Shown: positions 28,872 through 38,252 of the stretch, piece after piece
How the letters are laid out: each line of letters begins with the position of its first letter
Position numbering within the stretch: position 1 is the stretch's first letter
Assembly: GCA_041686735.1 (NCBI GenBank)
Contig: JAWLDF010000004.1
Span: forward strand, 69,185 to 133,184
DNA length: 64,000 nt
Direction of reading: 5' to 3'
From: Bacilli bacterium
GTDB lineage: Bacteria > Bacillota > Bacilli > JACDOE01
Position numbers and translations under genes: made by a program
Notes under the pieces: model-generated
The model's database searches: none
Told to the model about the DNA's origin: nothing
Seen by the model: the letters and a program-made list of their open reading frames with translations, nothing else

Positions 28872-30038
28872 ATGAAAGAAATGTTACGGGAGGGACTGTT
28901 GTTGCACATACCAGGATACAGGGCAACTTGGGCAGAAATTGATTTGCAGGCCATCGCACATAATGTACGGCAATTTAGTTCCCATCTTCCGGCTGAAACG
29001 AAGGTGATGGCCATCGTAAAAGCAGATGGATACGGACATGGAGCAATACAGGTGGCGAAAACCGCTCTTGCCAGCGGGGCATCCTTTCTCGGAGTAGCTT
29101 TTCTTGGAGAGGCTGTTCTTTTACGGGAGGAAGGCATTGATGTTCCCATACTGGTCATGGGTTATACCGAACCGGCACACATGAATGTTGCAGTTGAAAA
29201 GGACATTTCAGTTACGGTTTTTGACCGGGAGACGATTTCCGCTCTTGAGGGAGCATCACGGCTGCTTGGCAAACAGGGACGTGCTCATTTGAAAGTGGAT
29301 ACCGGGATGGGAAGAATCGGGATCCGTTCGGATGATCCTCTGTTGCCTGAATTGATCCGATACATCGGCGCATCTCCGTTTTTGAGATTTGAGGGCATTT
29401 TCACACATTATGCCTGCGCCGATGAAATCGAAAGTCCGTTGCAACAGGAACAAATGGAGCGGTTTGATAAGGTGCGGCGTATGATGGATGCCGAAAAAAT
29501 ACATCCTAGATTTGTGCATGCCAGCAACAGCGCTGCCAGTACCTTGTTTCCGGGGACAAGTCATTCCTTTGTCCGGCTTGGCATCAGCATGTACGGACTT
29601 CAACCATCAGCCGAAATTAAGGAAAAAAACCTGCTCTCATTAAGACAGGCATTTTCATTAAAGTCTCGGCTTTCCCATGTCAAAAAGGTGCCTGCGGGAA
29701 CGACGATCAGCTACGGCGCCACTTATGTCGCGGAAAAAGAGGAAGTGATCGCCACCATCCCCATCGGATATGCGGATGGATATCGCCGCAGCCTGTCCAA
29801 CAGGGGGATGGTACTGATTCGTGGTGAACGTGCACCTGTCGTAGGCAGGATCTGTATGGATCAGATGATGGTCAGGGTGACTCATATTCCCGATGTCCAG
29901 GTCGGAGACGAAGTGGTGTTAATTGGAAAACAGGGGAATCAGGAGATAGATATCGATGAAGTGGCCGGCTGGCTCGATACAATCAACTACGAAATCCCTT
30001 GTATGATCGGAAAAAGGGTACCGCGGATCTATATCTGA
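28872..30038 (+). CDS. alr: Alanine racemase. The true start may be the TTG at 28902, which follows GGGAGGGA.
   Basis: PLP-binding ...AIVKADGYGHG..., with a Tyr-loop and the C-terminal beta domain. It has conserved synteny with ndoAI and ndoA. Confidence 0.85.
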   Translation: MKEMLREGLLLHIPGYRATWAEIDLQAIAHNVRQFSSHLPAETKVMAIVKADGYGHGAIQVAKTALASGASFLGVAFLGEAVLLREEGIDVPILVMGYTEPAHMNVAVEKDISVTVFDRETISALEGASRLLGKQGRAHLKVDTGMGRIGIRSDDPLLPELIRYIGASPFLRFEGIFTHYACADEIESPLQQEQMERFDKVRRMMDAEKIHPRFVHASNSAASTLFPGTSHSFVRLGISMYGLQPSAEIKEKNLLSLRQAFSLKSRLSHVKKVPAGTTISYGATYVAEKEEVIATIPIGYADGYRRSLSNRGMVLIRGERAPVVGRICMDQMMVRVTHIPDVQVGDEVVLIGKQGNQEIDIDEVAGWLDTINYEIPCMIGKRVPRIYI

Positions 30039-30077
30039 TCCGATTTTCTTCCAGAACTATGAAAATGTTGAGAACGG

Positions 30078-30106
30078 TTGTAGATGACAACTGTCAATGG
30101 TACAAT
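30078..30106 (+). promoter_or_regulatory. Candidate sigmaA promoter upstream of ndoAI-ndoA.
   Basis: TTGTAG - 17 nt - TGgTACAAT (extended -10). Confidence 0.35.
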
Positions 30107-30298
30107 GCAAGAAGCATGTACGTGATTACTACAAAAGTTTTTAGGGATTGTATGAAATAGGAAGCAGGAATTTTACGATCATTAGCGAATATTATTTTTA
30201 TTGAATCATGATGATTAGACGGGAAAAAGTATAATTTCCCAGTCTTTACGTCATACTTGTATAAAGAACATGGTCAATGGGTTGGAGGTGCTTTTGTT

Positions 30299-30577
30299 TT
30301 GTCCAAACAGCAGACGAAACGTATTATGATTAGCTTACCTCAACATCTGTTGCAAGAAGTTGACGGTGTGGTGAAAAAGGAACAGTCCAATCGAAGTGAG
30401 TTTATCCGCCAGGCGATGAAACTGTATCTGAGAGAACGGAAGAAACGATACATTCGTGAGACGATGCAGCAGGGTTATATGGAGATGGGGCATATTAATC
30501 TAAATATTGCATCGGAGGCTTTTTCAGCGGAAGAAGAGGCAGATCATACCCTTGACCGCTTAGTTAGCGGGGTGTAG
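30299..30577 (+). CDS. ndoAI: Antitoxin EndoAI (MazE/CopG-like).
   Basis: Its 93 aa from a TTG start match B. subtilis EndoAI in length and in the motifs ...ISLPxxLxxExDGV...RSExIRQA...GYMEMxxINLNIxSEA...RLVSG. Confidence 0.8.
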   Translation: MSKQQTKRIMISLPQHLLQEVDGVVKKEQSNRSEFIRQAMKLYLRERKKRYIRETMQQGYMEMGHINLNIASEAFSAEEEADHTLDRLVSGV

Positions 30578-30580
30578 TGA

Positions 30581-30931
30581 TTGATAGTTAAGCGTGGCGA
30601 TGTGTTTTTCGCAGACCTTTCCCCTGTGGTGGGTTCAGAACAGGGGGGTGTAAGACCTGTTCTGGTTATTCAAAACGACATAGGCAACAGGTTTAGTCCT
30701 ACTGTGATCGTCGCTGCCATCACAGCCCAGATCCAAAAAGCGAAATTGCCGACTCATGTCGAGATCGATGCGGAGTCTTACGGATTTGACCGGGATTCTG
30801 TTATTTTGCTTGAACAAATCCGAACGATTGATAAACAGCGGTTAACTGATAAAATCACCCATCTTGATGAAGAAATGATGATGAAGGTGAATGAATCTCT
30901 GCAAATCAGTCTGGGGCTGATCGACTTCTGA
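30581..30931 (+). CDS. ndoA: mRNA interferase EndoA (MazF-family toxin).
   Basis: Its 116 aa are near-identical in pattern to B. subtilis EndoA ([41 protein letters not shown]...). Confidence 0.9.
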   Translation: MIVKRGDVFFADLSPVVGSEQGGVRPVLVIQNDIGNRFSPTVIVAAITAQIQKAKLPTHVEIDAESYGFDRDSVILLEQIRTIDKQRLTDKITHLDEEMMMKVNESLQISLGLIDF

Positions 30932-31066
30932 TTCGGCGTACCAAAGGCTGTCCCGTGACGAAACGGGTTTCAGCCTTAATTTGATAGTGAAAAGAAATAA
31001 TGCATTCTATAAAATGGGTGGGAGCGCTGTCTCCCACCCAACCTTTTCATGTTTCAGGGAGGCAAA

Positions 31067-33229
31067 ATGGGAGATCAACAATTCTTTATCGATACAATCG
31101 CATCAGAATTAAAAATCCGTCCGCAGCAAGTGAACAGAACGGTACAACTCCTGGATGAGGGAAACACCGTACCATTTATTGCAAGATATCGTAAAGAACA
31201 GACGGGAGAATTGAATGAAGAGCAGATCCGGCAGATTGAAGATCGCCTGCGCTATTTGCGTCAACTGGATGAACGGAAACAGGAAGTATTGCGTCTGATT
31301 GAGGAGCAGGGCAAACTGACTGACGAACTCAAACAACAGATCGAGCGAGCCGTGAAATTACAGGAAGTTGAGGATTTATACCGTCCTTATCGGCAAAAAC
31401 GGCGTACCCGTGCCACCATCGCCAGAGAAAAGGGACTGGAACCGCTGGCAATGTTCATTCTTGAACAGCGTGATGGCGACGTGATGGAGCAGGCGGCACA
31501 GTACATTGATGCGGAAAAAGGGGTGGAATCCGTAGAGGATGCCCTGCAGGGGGCTATGGATATTATCGCCGAAATCATATCGGATGATGCGGATGCCCGC
31601 AAATGGATACGCAAACAAACGTATGAAAAGGGTATTTTAATCAGTGTACAGAAGGAAGAAGAAGAGTCGAACAAAAATGTTTATGAAATGTATTATGATT
31701 TCCAGGAACCGGTACGGAAAGTGGTCCCCCATCGCGTACTTGCGATCAATCGCGGTGAAAAAGAGGGAATTCTCCGTGTCAGTGTCGAAGCCCCCGTCGA
31801 ACAAATTTTACAATATCTGAAGCAACAATTTGCACCTGCCTCGGCCGGGAATGTGGAAGATTACCTGTACCAGGCGATTGAAGACGGATATAAGCGTTTG
31901 ATCGCCCCTTCGATTGAGCGGGATGTGCGTAATGAATTATCGGAAAAAGCCGAAGAACAGGCAATCCATATTTTTTCGGAAAATCTTCGCAACCTTTTGT
32001 TGCAGCCGCCAATCAAAGGGCAGGTGGTACTTGGAGTGGATCCGGCTTACCGAACCGGGTGTAAACTGGCGGTTGTCGATGATACGGGGAAACTTTTACA
32101 TATCTCCGTGATTTACCCCACCCCGCCGCAGAAAAAGGTGAAAGAGGCGAGGGAAGCGGTGATGTCGTTAATTGAAAAGTACGGCATCACGCTGATCGCC
32201 ATCGGTAACGGAACGGCATCCCGTGAAACGGAGCAGTTTATTGCGGATACCATCCGCGAACTGAATCAGGCTATTTATTATCTGATCGTCAATGAAGCGG
32301 GAGCAAGTGTCTATTCCGCCTCCCCCCTTGCCCGCGAGGAGTTTCCCGAACTGGATGTGGCAGAGAGAAGTGCCATTTCCATCGCGAGGAGGATTCAGGA
32401 CCCGCTGGCGGAACTGGTAAAAATCGATCCGAAATCGGTCGGAGTCGGTCAGTATCAGCATGATGTCAGTCAAAACCGTCTCTCCGAAAGTTTGCAGCAT
32501 GTGGTGGAGTCGGCGGTCAATTATGTCGGGATCGACGTCAATACAGCGTCTCCTTCCCTGTTGCAATATGTATCGGGATGTTCCAAACAGGTGGCGCGTA
32601 ATATCGTCAAATACCGTGAAGAAAACGGAAAATATCGAAACCGGGCCGAGTTGAAGAATGTTCCGCGTCTCGGTGACAAAACCTATGAACAGGCGATCGG
32701 ATTTTTGCGGATTATGGACGGAGACAATCCGCTGGACCGGACGCCGATTCACCCGGAAGTGTATGACCAGGTTGAACGTTTGTTGGACAGGCTGGCGATT
32801 GATCCCCATCAATTATCGGCGGAAGAAAGCAAACAAAAACTGCGGGGAATTGATGTGAAAAAGACGGCGGAGGAACTGGGACTGGGTGTACCGACCATGA
32901 AAGACATTGTGGACAGTCTCTTGCGTCCGGGACGGGATCCCCGTGAAGAATTACCAAAGCCGCTTTTACAGAGTGATGTCCTGTCAATCGAGGACCTGCG
33001 CGAAGGCATGGAGTTGCAGGGGACGGTAAGGAATGTGGTTGATTTCGGTGCATTTGTCGATATCGGTTTAAAAAATGACGGACTGGTTCATATTTCCCGG
33101 ATGAGCAACAAGTTTGTCAAGCATCCGATGGATGTGGTATCGGTAGGAGATATCGTTACGGTGTGGGTGGCGGATGTCGATATGCAACGTGAACGGGTGG
33201 GGTTGTCCATGATTCCCCCGCAAGCATAG
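31067..33229 (+). CDS. tex: Transcription accessory protein Tex (YdcI), comprising YqgF-like, HhH and C-terminal S1 domains.
   Basis: The Tex N-terminus is ...VPFIARYRKEQTGEL.... The C-terminal S1 domain is ...GTVRNVVDFGAFVDIG...VHISRMS.... The start was set at the ATG after AGGGAGG. Confidence 0.85.
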   Translation: MGDQQFFIDTIASELKIRPQQVNRTVQLLDEGNTVPFIARYRKEQTGELNEEQIRQIEDRLRYLRQLDERKQEVLRLIEEQGKLTDELKQQIERAVKLQEVEDLYRPYRQKRRTRATIAREKGLEPLAMFILEQRDGDVMEQAAQYIDAEKGVESVEDALQGAMDIIAEIISDDADARKWIRKQTYEKGILISVQKEEEESNKNVYEMYYDFQEPVRKVVPHRVLAINRGEKEGILRVSVEAPVEQILQYLKQQFAPASAGNVEDYLYQAIEDGYKRLIAPSIERDVRNELSEKAEEQAIHIFSENLRNLLLQPPIKGQVVLGVDPAYRTGCKLAVVDDTGKLLHISVIYPTPPQKKVKEAREAVMSLIEKYGITLIAIGNGTASRETEQFIADTIRELNQAIYYLIVNEAGASVYSASPLAREEFPELDVAERSAISIARRIQDPLAELVKIDPKSVGVGQYQHDVSQNRLSESLQHVVESAVNYVGIDVNTASPSLLQYVSGCSKQVARNIVKYREENGKYRNRAELKNVPRLGDKTYEQAIGFLRIMDGDNPLDRTPIHPEVYDQVERLLDRLAIDPHQLSAEESKQKLRGIDVKKTAEELGLGVPTMKDIVDSLLRPGRDPREELPKPLLQSDVLSIEDLREGMELQGTVRNVVDFGAFVDIGLKNDGLVHISRMSNKFVKHPMDVVSVGDIVTVWVADVDMQRERVGLSMIPPQA

Positions 33230-33251
33230 GGGGGAAAAAAGTAATCAGACT

Positions 33252-33383
33252 TCACTGAACGGAGGAGCGCTGGTTCCTGGTTTTTTGCATGTAGAGAAAC
33301 CAGCAGTCATTTAGCAGACGGATTTGCCGGCGGTCCTTCCCGTTAAATGCCCGTTTTAACTGTTTTTGCAGCCAATGAGGCAT
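33252..33383 (-). CDS. cmpA: Cortex morphogenetic protein CmpA-like small sporulation protein (43 aa).
   Basis: Its sequence MPHWLQKQLKRAFNGKDRRQIRLLNDCWFLYMQKTRNQRSSVQ fits the CmpA pattern MPxWLxKQ..AF..KD..QI.LLN.CW. RBS GGGGAGG lies 8 nt upstream. Its location between tex and the sprT-like gene matches B. subtilis. Confidence 0.5.
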   Translation of the reverse strand: MPHWLQKQLKRAFNGKDRRQIRLLNDCWFLYMQKTRNQRSSVQ

Positions 33384-33466
33384 GGAATAAACCTCCCCGG
33401 TGAAAAAAATAAATATACCTTTATTACATGGTATGATGCAGGACGAAAAAAAGTGAGGATTTTCGA

Positions 33467-33925
33467 ATGAATGATGAACATTTGCAAAAAATGGTGGAAG
33501 AAATTTCACTGACATGGTTTTCCCGTCCCTTCCGGCACCGGGCACGGTTCAACCTCCGTCTCAGAACCAGCGGCGGCCGTTACTTATTGCACAGCCATGA
33601 CATTGAATGTAATCCGAAGCATCTGGAGATGTATGGGGAAGACGAGCTGATTCGTATCATCAAACATGAGCTGTGCCATTATCACCTCCATCTCGAAGGC
33701 AGGGGATATCGCCACCGTGATCGTGACTTTCAGCAATTACTCGACCGGGTGGGAGGCTCCCGTTTTTGCCGCCCTGTCCTTAAACAACAGAAGCGTCCGT
33801 TCAAATACCAGTTGATCTGTACAAACTGTGCCACGGTCTATCGGCGCAAAAAATGGATGGATCCGAAAAAATACCGCTGTGGCAAGTGCAGAGGGGTGTT
33901 GCGGATCGAGGATATTTCATCATAA
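33467..33925 (+). CDS. SprT-like zinc metalloprotease domain protein (YdcK-like).
   Basis: HExxH motif (HELCHYHLH) and a C-terminal Cys4 zinc ribbon (CTNC...CGKC). Confidence 0.75.
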   Translation: MNDEHLQKMVEEISLTWFSRPFRHRARFNLRLRTSGGRYLLHSHDIECNPKHLEMYGEDELIRIIKHELCHYHLHLEGRGYRHRDRDFQQLLDRVGGSRFCRPVLKQQKRPFKYQLICTNCATVYRRKKWMDPKKYRCGKCRGVLRIEDISS

Positions 33926-34023
33926 AATTACCTGTAAAGAGGTCTTGCAAAATCGCCAAAAACATAGTAAACTAACAAACGTCGCACCAAATGGAATAAT
34001 GAATTTCACACTGAATTATACGC

Positions 34024-34113
34024 GGAGAGATACCCAAGAGGCCGAAGGGGACGGTTTGCTAAACCGTTAGTGGGCTCCGCCCAGCGCGGGTTCGAATCCC
34101 GCTCTCTCCGCCA
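34024..34113 (+). tRNA. tRNA-Ser (anticodon GCU).
   Basis: It has a 7-bp acceptor stem (GGAGAGA/TCTCTCC), a 3-bp D stem, an anticodon stem ACGGT/ACCGT with loop TTGCTAA (anticodon GCT), a long class-II variable arm, and a T-arm GCGGG-TTCGAAT-CCCGC. The discriminator G and CCA are encoded. A terminator hairpin (34150-34178) follows. Confidence 0.85.
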
Positions 34114-34354
34114 CTTACAAATTGGATAACAGATGGCTGAAAGCAAATGTTCCATATTGGAACATTTTTTGTTTCATGATTTGCTTTCCCTACGTTTTTC
34201 TTGATACAGCCCCTATTTCTGCTTTTTACAGGACTTCCTGCATCTATTACATTCTCCTTAACCCTAGTTATTTTCATAATTTTTAAACTTGCAAGAAAAT
34301 GTATATTTGTGGAAAATAGATAAAAACGGCACCATCCAATTTTATTTGTGAAGG

Positions 34355-35674
34355 GTGGATTTTCCCATGAATCACATCGGTACTGAAATTCGGAATAAGC
34401 GAAAGCAAATGGGACTGACACAGCATGATGTGGCCGGTCAATTCATGTCTATCGCCAAATTGAGCAACATCGAAAACGGAAAAAAACGGCCGGATCCGGA
34501 AACATGGGAATATTTAAAAGAAAAATTGGGCTTGAGTGATGAATTGATCCACAAGAAAGAATCGATTGAGGAGACACAATTTATTCTGGAACAGGCAGAA
34601 ACTTATTATAAAACGGGGATCATTCATAAAGCAAAGGAGAAGTACGAAGAAGCGATCCGGCTGACACCGAAATTGATGCTTTTTGACCAGACGGCCAGGG
34701 CATTTAAAGAACTCGGTTTTATTGCCATGGAGGAAAAGGATTACAAGCAGGCCCACTCGCATTTGGAAAAAGCATACGATTATTATCGCCGCATTAAGGA
34801 CAGTGAAAATGCCGTCGAATGTAAGGTGAAAATCGGAGCGATCTACTTCAGACAGGAGAAATTAACGAAATCCCTCCAGGTTTTTCAACAGGTGTTGAAA
34901 GAAATACCGGAAGACAGGCAATATTTGAAAGGACCGATCTATTATAATATGGCATCGGTCTACTATGCTCTCAAAAATATGGACCGGGCCAATCTCTGCT
35001 GTGAAAAAGCATTGAAGTACCTGGAGGAAACGGGGAGCCACACCGATTACCTGATCAGTACATTGATTTTGCAGGCCATTTTTTTCAAAAAAGTGAAAAT
35101 GTATTTGCTGGCGCGGGAAAAATTGGAGCGGGCCAAAAATCTGGCCATTCGTAATAATAAACCGTTGTTTATGGCGAAATGCTGGCACAATCTCGGCAAT
35201 GTGGAGATGGAAATCAAAAATTACAAGAGTGCGCTTCAGCACTTTCAACTGTCACTGGAAGTGAAGGAACAGATTAACGACATTGTCGGAATGATCCGCA
35301 CCAAGGCCTACATGGCTGAACTGTATCTGGAGATGGGAGACATTGAACTGGCTAAAAAGACGGGTGATGAGGCCCTGAGCATGTCGCGAAAGTATAATTC
35401 CAAATCAGCGGAAATCGTGTGTCTGGGGGCATTGAGTAAAATTCATCTGGCATTGAACGATGAAACCCGCTTCCTCGATGTCACGTTTAAAGCGATCACA
35501 CTGGCGGACGAGCTCTCTTATGACATTAAAAAAATCGAGCTGTATGAAAATATGTCCCGCTATTTTTATACACGCGACAAACAGCGCTGCCTTGAGATGT
35601 TGTACAAGGCTTTTACCGTGAAGTTGCAGATGGAGGCACAGGAGGAAAAGGATCCTGCAGGCTCGATCATTTAG
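34355..35674 (+). CDS. RNPP-type (NprR/PlcR/AimR-like) regulator with an N-terminal XRE HTH and a C-terminal TPR array; no cognate peptide gene was found.
   Basis: The HTH is ...IRNKRKQMGLTQHDVAGQFMSIAKLSNIENGKK.... About 9 TPR-like helical pairs follow (...YNMASVYYALKNMDRA..., ...WHNLGNVEMEIKNYKSAL...). Confidence 0.55.
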   Translation: MDFPMNHIGTEIRNKRKQMGLTQHDVAGQFMSIAKLSNIENGKKRPDPETWEYLKEKLGLSDELIHKKESIEETQFILEQAETYYKTGIIHKAKEKYEEAIRLTPKLMLFDQTARAFKELGFIAMEEKDYKQAHSHLEKAYDYYRRIKDSENAVECKVKIGAIYFRQEKLTKSLQVFQQVLKEIPEDRQYLKGPIYYNMASVYYALKNMDRANLCCEKALKYLEETGSHTDYLISTLILQAIFFKKVKMYLLAREKLERAKNLAIRNNKPLFMAKCWHNLGNVEMEIKNYKSALQHFQLSLEVKEQINDIVGMIRTKAYMAELYLEMGDIELAKKTGDEALSMSRKYNSKSAEIVCLGALSKIHLALNDETRFLDVTFKAITLADELSYDIKKIELYENMSRYFYTRDKQRCLEMLYKAFTVKLQMEAQEEKDPAGSII

Positions 35675-35734
35675 TTCATCTGATAAAAATGAAAGAGGCC
35701 GGTTGAAGGGCCTTTTTTTTTACAAAAAATGAGT

Positions 35735-35800
35735 GACTACTCACTTTACAAATCAATCTGCGACAGTTAAACTGTAAATGAGTGATTAATCACATTATTT
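35735..35800. promoter_or_regulatory. Two operator-like direct repeats, each containing a palindrome, upstream of the ABC exporter operon.
   Basis: AATGAGTGACTACTCACTTTA and AATGAGTGATTAATCACATTA (GTGATTAATCAC is a perfect 12-bp palindrome) lie about 30 bp apart, between the regulator's terminator and the RBS of the ABC gene. Confidence 0.4.
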
Positions 35801-35815
35801 TTAGGGAGGAGACGG

Positions 35816-36544
35816 ATGGGCATGGAGCCACACATTCAAGTGGAACATGTGAGTAAGTCTTTTGGAAAAAAAGAAGTGTTAACAGACGTCTCATTGACAG
35901 TACAGGGGTCTGAGATCTACGGCCTGCTCGGGCCATCCGGTGCAGGCAAAACGACACTGGTTAAAATGATGGCCGGGATCGATCTGCCTTCTTCGGGAAG
36001 CATTAAGGTGCTTGGCACTGTCATGCCAGATCTGAAAATGATGGGCAGGATCGGTTTTATGGCACAGGCTGATGCACTCTACGGCGAATTAAGTGCGTAT
36101 GAGAACCTTGATTTTTTTGCCTCGGTGTACGGGCTCGCAAAGAAACAGCGGAAAGAGCGTATTGAAAAGGTGCTTGAACTGGTCAATCTGACGGAAGATC
36201 GCAAAAAAATTGTGAACCAGTTTTCAGGAGGGATGAAACGGAGACTTTCCCTTGCGGCTGCCCTGCTGCATGAACCGGATATTCTCATTCTTGATGAACC
36301 GACGGTAGGGATTGACCCCGTCCTTCGGCAATCGATCTGGGATGAACTTCATCTGCTGAGCCAAAAAAGAACCACCATTGTGGTGACAACGCACGTGATG
36401 GATGAAGCCGAAAAGTGCGATTCCCTCGGGATGTTGAGGGATGGCCGATTGATTGCCACGGGCACACCGCATCAGCTGAAAGAGGCTTCTTCATCCTCCA
36501 CGCTGGAAGAGGCGTTCCTATTTTACGGAGGTGCGAATCGATGA
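35816..36544 (+). CDS. ABC transporter ATP-binding protein (ABC-2/DrrA-like).
   Basis: Walker A GPSGAGKTT, signature LSGGMKRRL and Walker B ILILDEP. Confidence 0.85.
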   Translation: MGMEPHIQVEHVSKSFGKKEVLTDVSLTVQGSEIYGLLGPSGAGKTTLVKMMAGIDLPSSGSIKVLGTVMPDLKMMGRIGFMAQADALYGELSAYENLDFFASVYGLAKKQRKERIEKVLELVNLTEDRKKIVNQFSGGMKRRLSLAAALLHEPDILILDEPTVGIDPVLRQSIWDELHLLSQKRTTIVVTTHVMDEAEKCDSLGMLRDGRLIATGTPHQLKEASSSSTLEEAFLFYGGANR

Positions 36545-37449
36545 GAGTGAGAGCAATTGTCATCCGTATTATCCGTCAGTTTTTCCGTGATAAAAGAACC
36601 CTGGGCCTGATGATTGTGGCTCCCATGTTTATTCTGTTGCTTCTCCATCTCGTCTTTAACGGGGAGGATTATGAACCGGTGATCGGGGTGGAGATCCTTC
36701 CGCAAGCGGTGACCGACCAACTGGAGGATGCCGGAGCACATATTTTATCGTTGAAGAAATCGGAAGCTTATAATGCCCTGGACATACAGGCCATCGACGC
36801 TTTTATCACCATGAACGGCAGGACGCCTTCTGTTATACTGGAAGGAAGTGATCCCACAGCCAATCGGGCTGTGATGCTTGCGATACAGCAGGCTTATGAA
36901 AAACTGCAACCTTCCGAACGAACGGTTCAACCCGATGTTACCTACTTGTATGGTTCTGAAGATATGGCTTTGTTCGACAACTTTGGACCGGTGCTCATCG
37001 GATTTTTTATCTTCTTCTTTGTCTTCATTATCTCGGGGGTTTCCTTTTTGCGTGAACGGACCGGGGGAACGCTGGAACGGTTGCTGGCGACGCCTTTGAG
37101 GAGATGGGAGATTGTGACCGGATACGTGATCGGATTCGGCATCTTTACCACTTTTCAGGCCAGCATTATTTCCTGGTTTGCCATAAAAGTTCTCGGCATT
37201 ATGATGGAAGGATCATTCCTCTATGTGTTGTTGATTACGTTTCTGCTGGCGATGACCGCGCTGACGCTGGGGACACTGCTTTCCGCTTTTGCCAACAATG
37301 AACTGCAGATGATGCAGTTTATCCCGCTCGTGGTGGTTCCGCAGATTTTCTTTTCCGGGCTGTTCAATCTGGAAACGATGGCGGAATGGTTGCGTTCGAT
37401 CAGTGTGATCATGCCTCTTACGTACGGCGCGGATGCGTTGCGGAAGTGA
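36541..37449 (+). CDS. ABC-2 type transporter permease.
   Basis: The ATG overlaps the ATPase stop (ATGA). It has 6 TM segments and the ABC-2 loop. The longer track ORF (36415..) is a read-through artefact. Confidence 0.75.
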   Translation: MRVRAIVIRIIRQFFRDKRTLGLMIVAPMFILLLLHLVFNGEDYEPVIGVEILPQAVTDQLEDAGAHILSLKKSEAYNALDIQAIDAFITMNGRTPSVILEGSDPTANRAVMLAIQQAYEKLQPSERTVQPDVTYLYGSEDMALFDNFGPVLIGFFIFFFVFIISGVSFLRERTGGTLERLLATPLRRWEIVTGYVIGFGIFTTFQASIISWFAIKVLGIMMEGSFLYVLLITFLLAMTALTLGTLLSAFANNELQMMQFIPLVVVPQIFFSGLFNLETMAEWLRSISVIMPLTYGADALRK

Positions 37450-37587
37450 TGATTCGGGGAAAAGGCTGGTCGTTCATCGATCAGGACATATACGTGCTGC
37501 TTGCATTTTCCCTGTTTTTTATGATACTAAATATATTCGCCCTGAAAAAACACCGTCGATTATAAGGGATAAAAGGATGATGATCAG

Positions 37588-38241
37588 ATGACCGAACAGG
37601 ATTTACTGCGGGAGATTTTGCAGGCCGGTGACGAGCAGGAAAAAATGAGTGAAAAAAAGGTAAGGATTCTGGAAGCGGCGATCGAGATGTTTTCGGAAAA
37701 AGGGTATGCCTCCACGTCGACCAGCGAGATCGCCAGAAAGGCAGGGGTGGCGGAGGGAACGATTTTTCGGCACTATAAAACGAAAAAGGATCTGTTGATG
37801 GCGATTGTTTCGCCAGTGCTGGCCCGGGTGGTCACCCCCTTTTTGGCCCGGGATTTCGTGCAAAAAGTTTTTGAAGACGATCACCAGAGTTATGAGAATT
37901 TCCTCCGTGTCCTGATTCGAAACCGTTTTGATTTTGTAAAAAAACATCTGCCGATGATCAGGATTTTTTTGCAGGAACTGGCTTTTCATCCGGAAATCAA
38001 AGATCAGTATCAGAATATTTTTACGGAACATGTCTATGCGAAATTCAAGCAGATCATCCTCCATTTTCAGAAGAAAGGAGAAATCATCGAACTCCCAGCG
38101 GATACGGTGATTCGCTTTACAATCACCACAATCGTGGGCTTTTTGATCACGAGATTTCTGGTTCTCCCCGAAAGGGAATGGGATGATGATGCTGAGATTG
38201 AGTACACGATTCAGTTGTTGATGCATGGGTTGGCTATTTAG
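37588..38241 (+). CDS. TetR/AcrR-family transcriptional regulator.
   Basis: N-terminal HTH ...ILEAAIEMFSEKGYASTSTSEIARKAGVAEGTIFRHYKTKKDLL. Confidence 0.8.
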   Translation: MTEQDLLREILQAGDEQEKMSEKKVRILEAAIEMFSEKGYASTSTSEIARKAGVAEGTIFRHYKTKKDLLMAIVSPVLARVVTPFLARDFVQKVFEDDHQSYENFLRVLIRNRFDFVKKHLPMIRIFLQELAFHPEIKDQYQNIFTEHVYAKFKQIILHFQKKGEIIELPADTVIRFTITTIVGFLITRFLVLPEREWDDDAEIEYTIQLLMHGLAI

Positions 38242-38252
38242 GGGGTTTTATA

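Noticed and set aside
28872-28901. Annotated ATG start of alr at 28872.
   Set aside because: It is not rejected outright, but the TTG at 28902 sits 7 nt after GGGAGGGA whereas the ATG has no RBS. The shorter form is more likely. I kept the track coordinates in the feature with a note.
34024-34113. Possible tRNA-Sec (selC), given the two candidate selenoprotein genes and this tRNA's long variable arm.
   Set aside because: The anticodon loop TTGCTAA gives anticodon GCU, not UCA, and the acceptor stem is 7 bp rather than 8. It is an ordinary class-II tRNA-Ser.
35700-35815. Tiny ORFs (MSDYSLYKSICDS; MSD*) after the RNPP regulator, considered as the missing signalling pro-peptide.
   Set aside because: They have no Shine-Dalgarno sequence and no signal peptide. 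The sequence is better explained as paired operator repeats.
36415-36540. Longer 344-aa version of the ABC-2 permease ORF, starting inside the ATPase gene.
   Set aside because: That start lies within the upstream ATPase coding sequence in another frame. The ATG at 36541 overlapping the ATPase stop (ATGA) is the coupled start.
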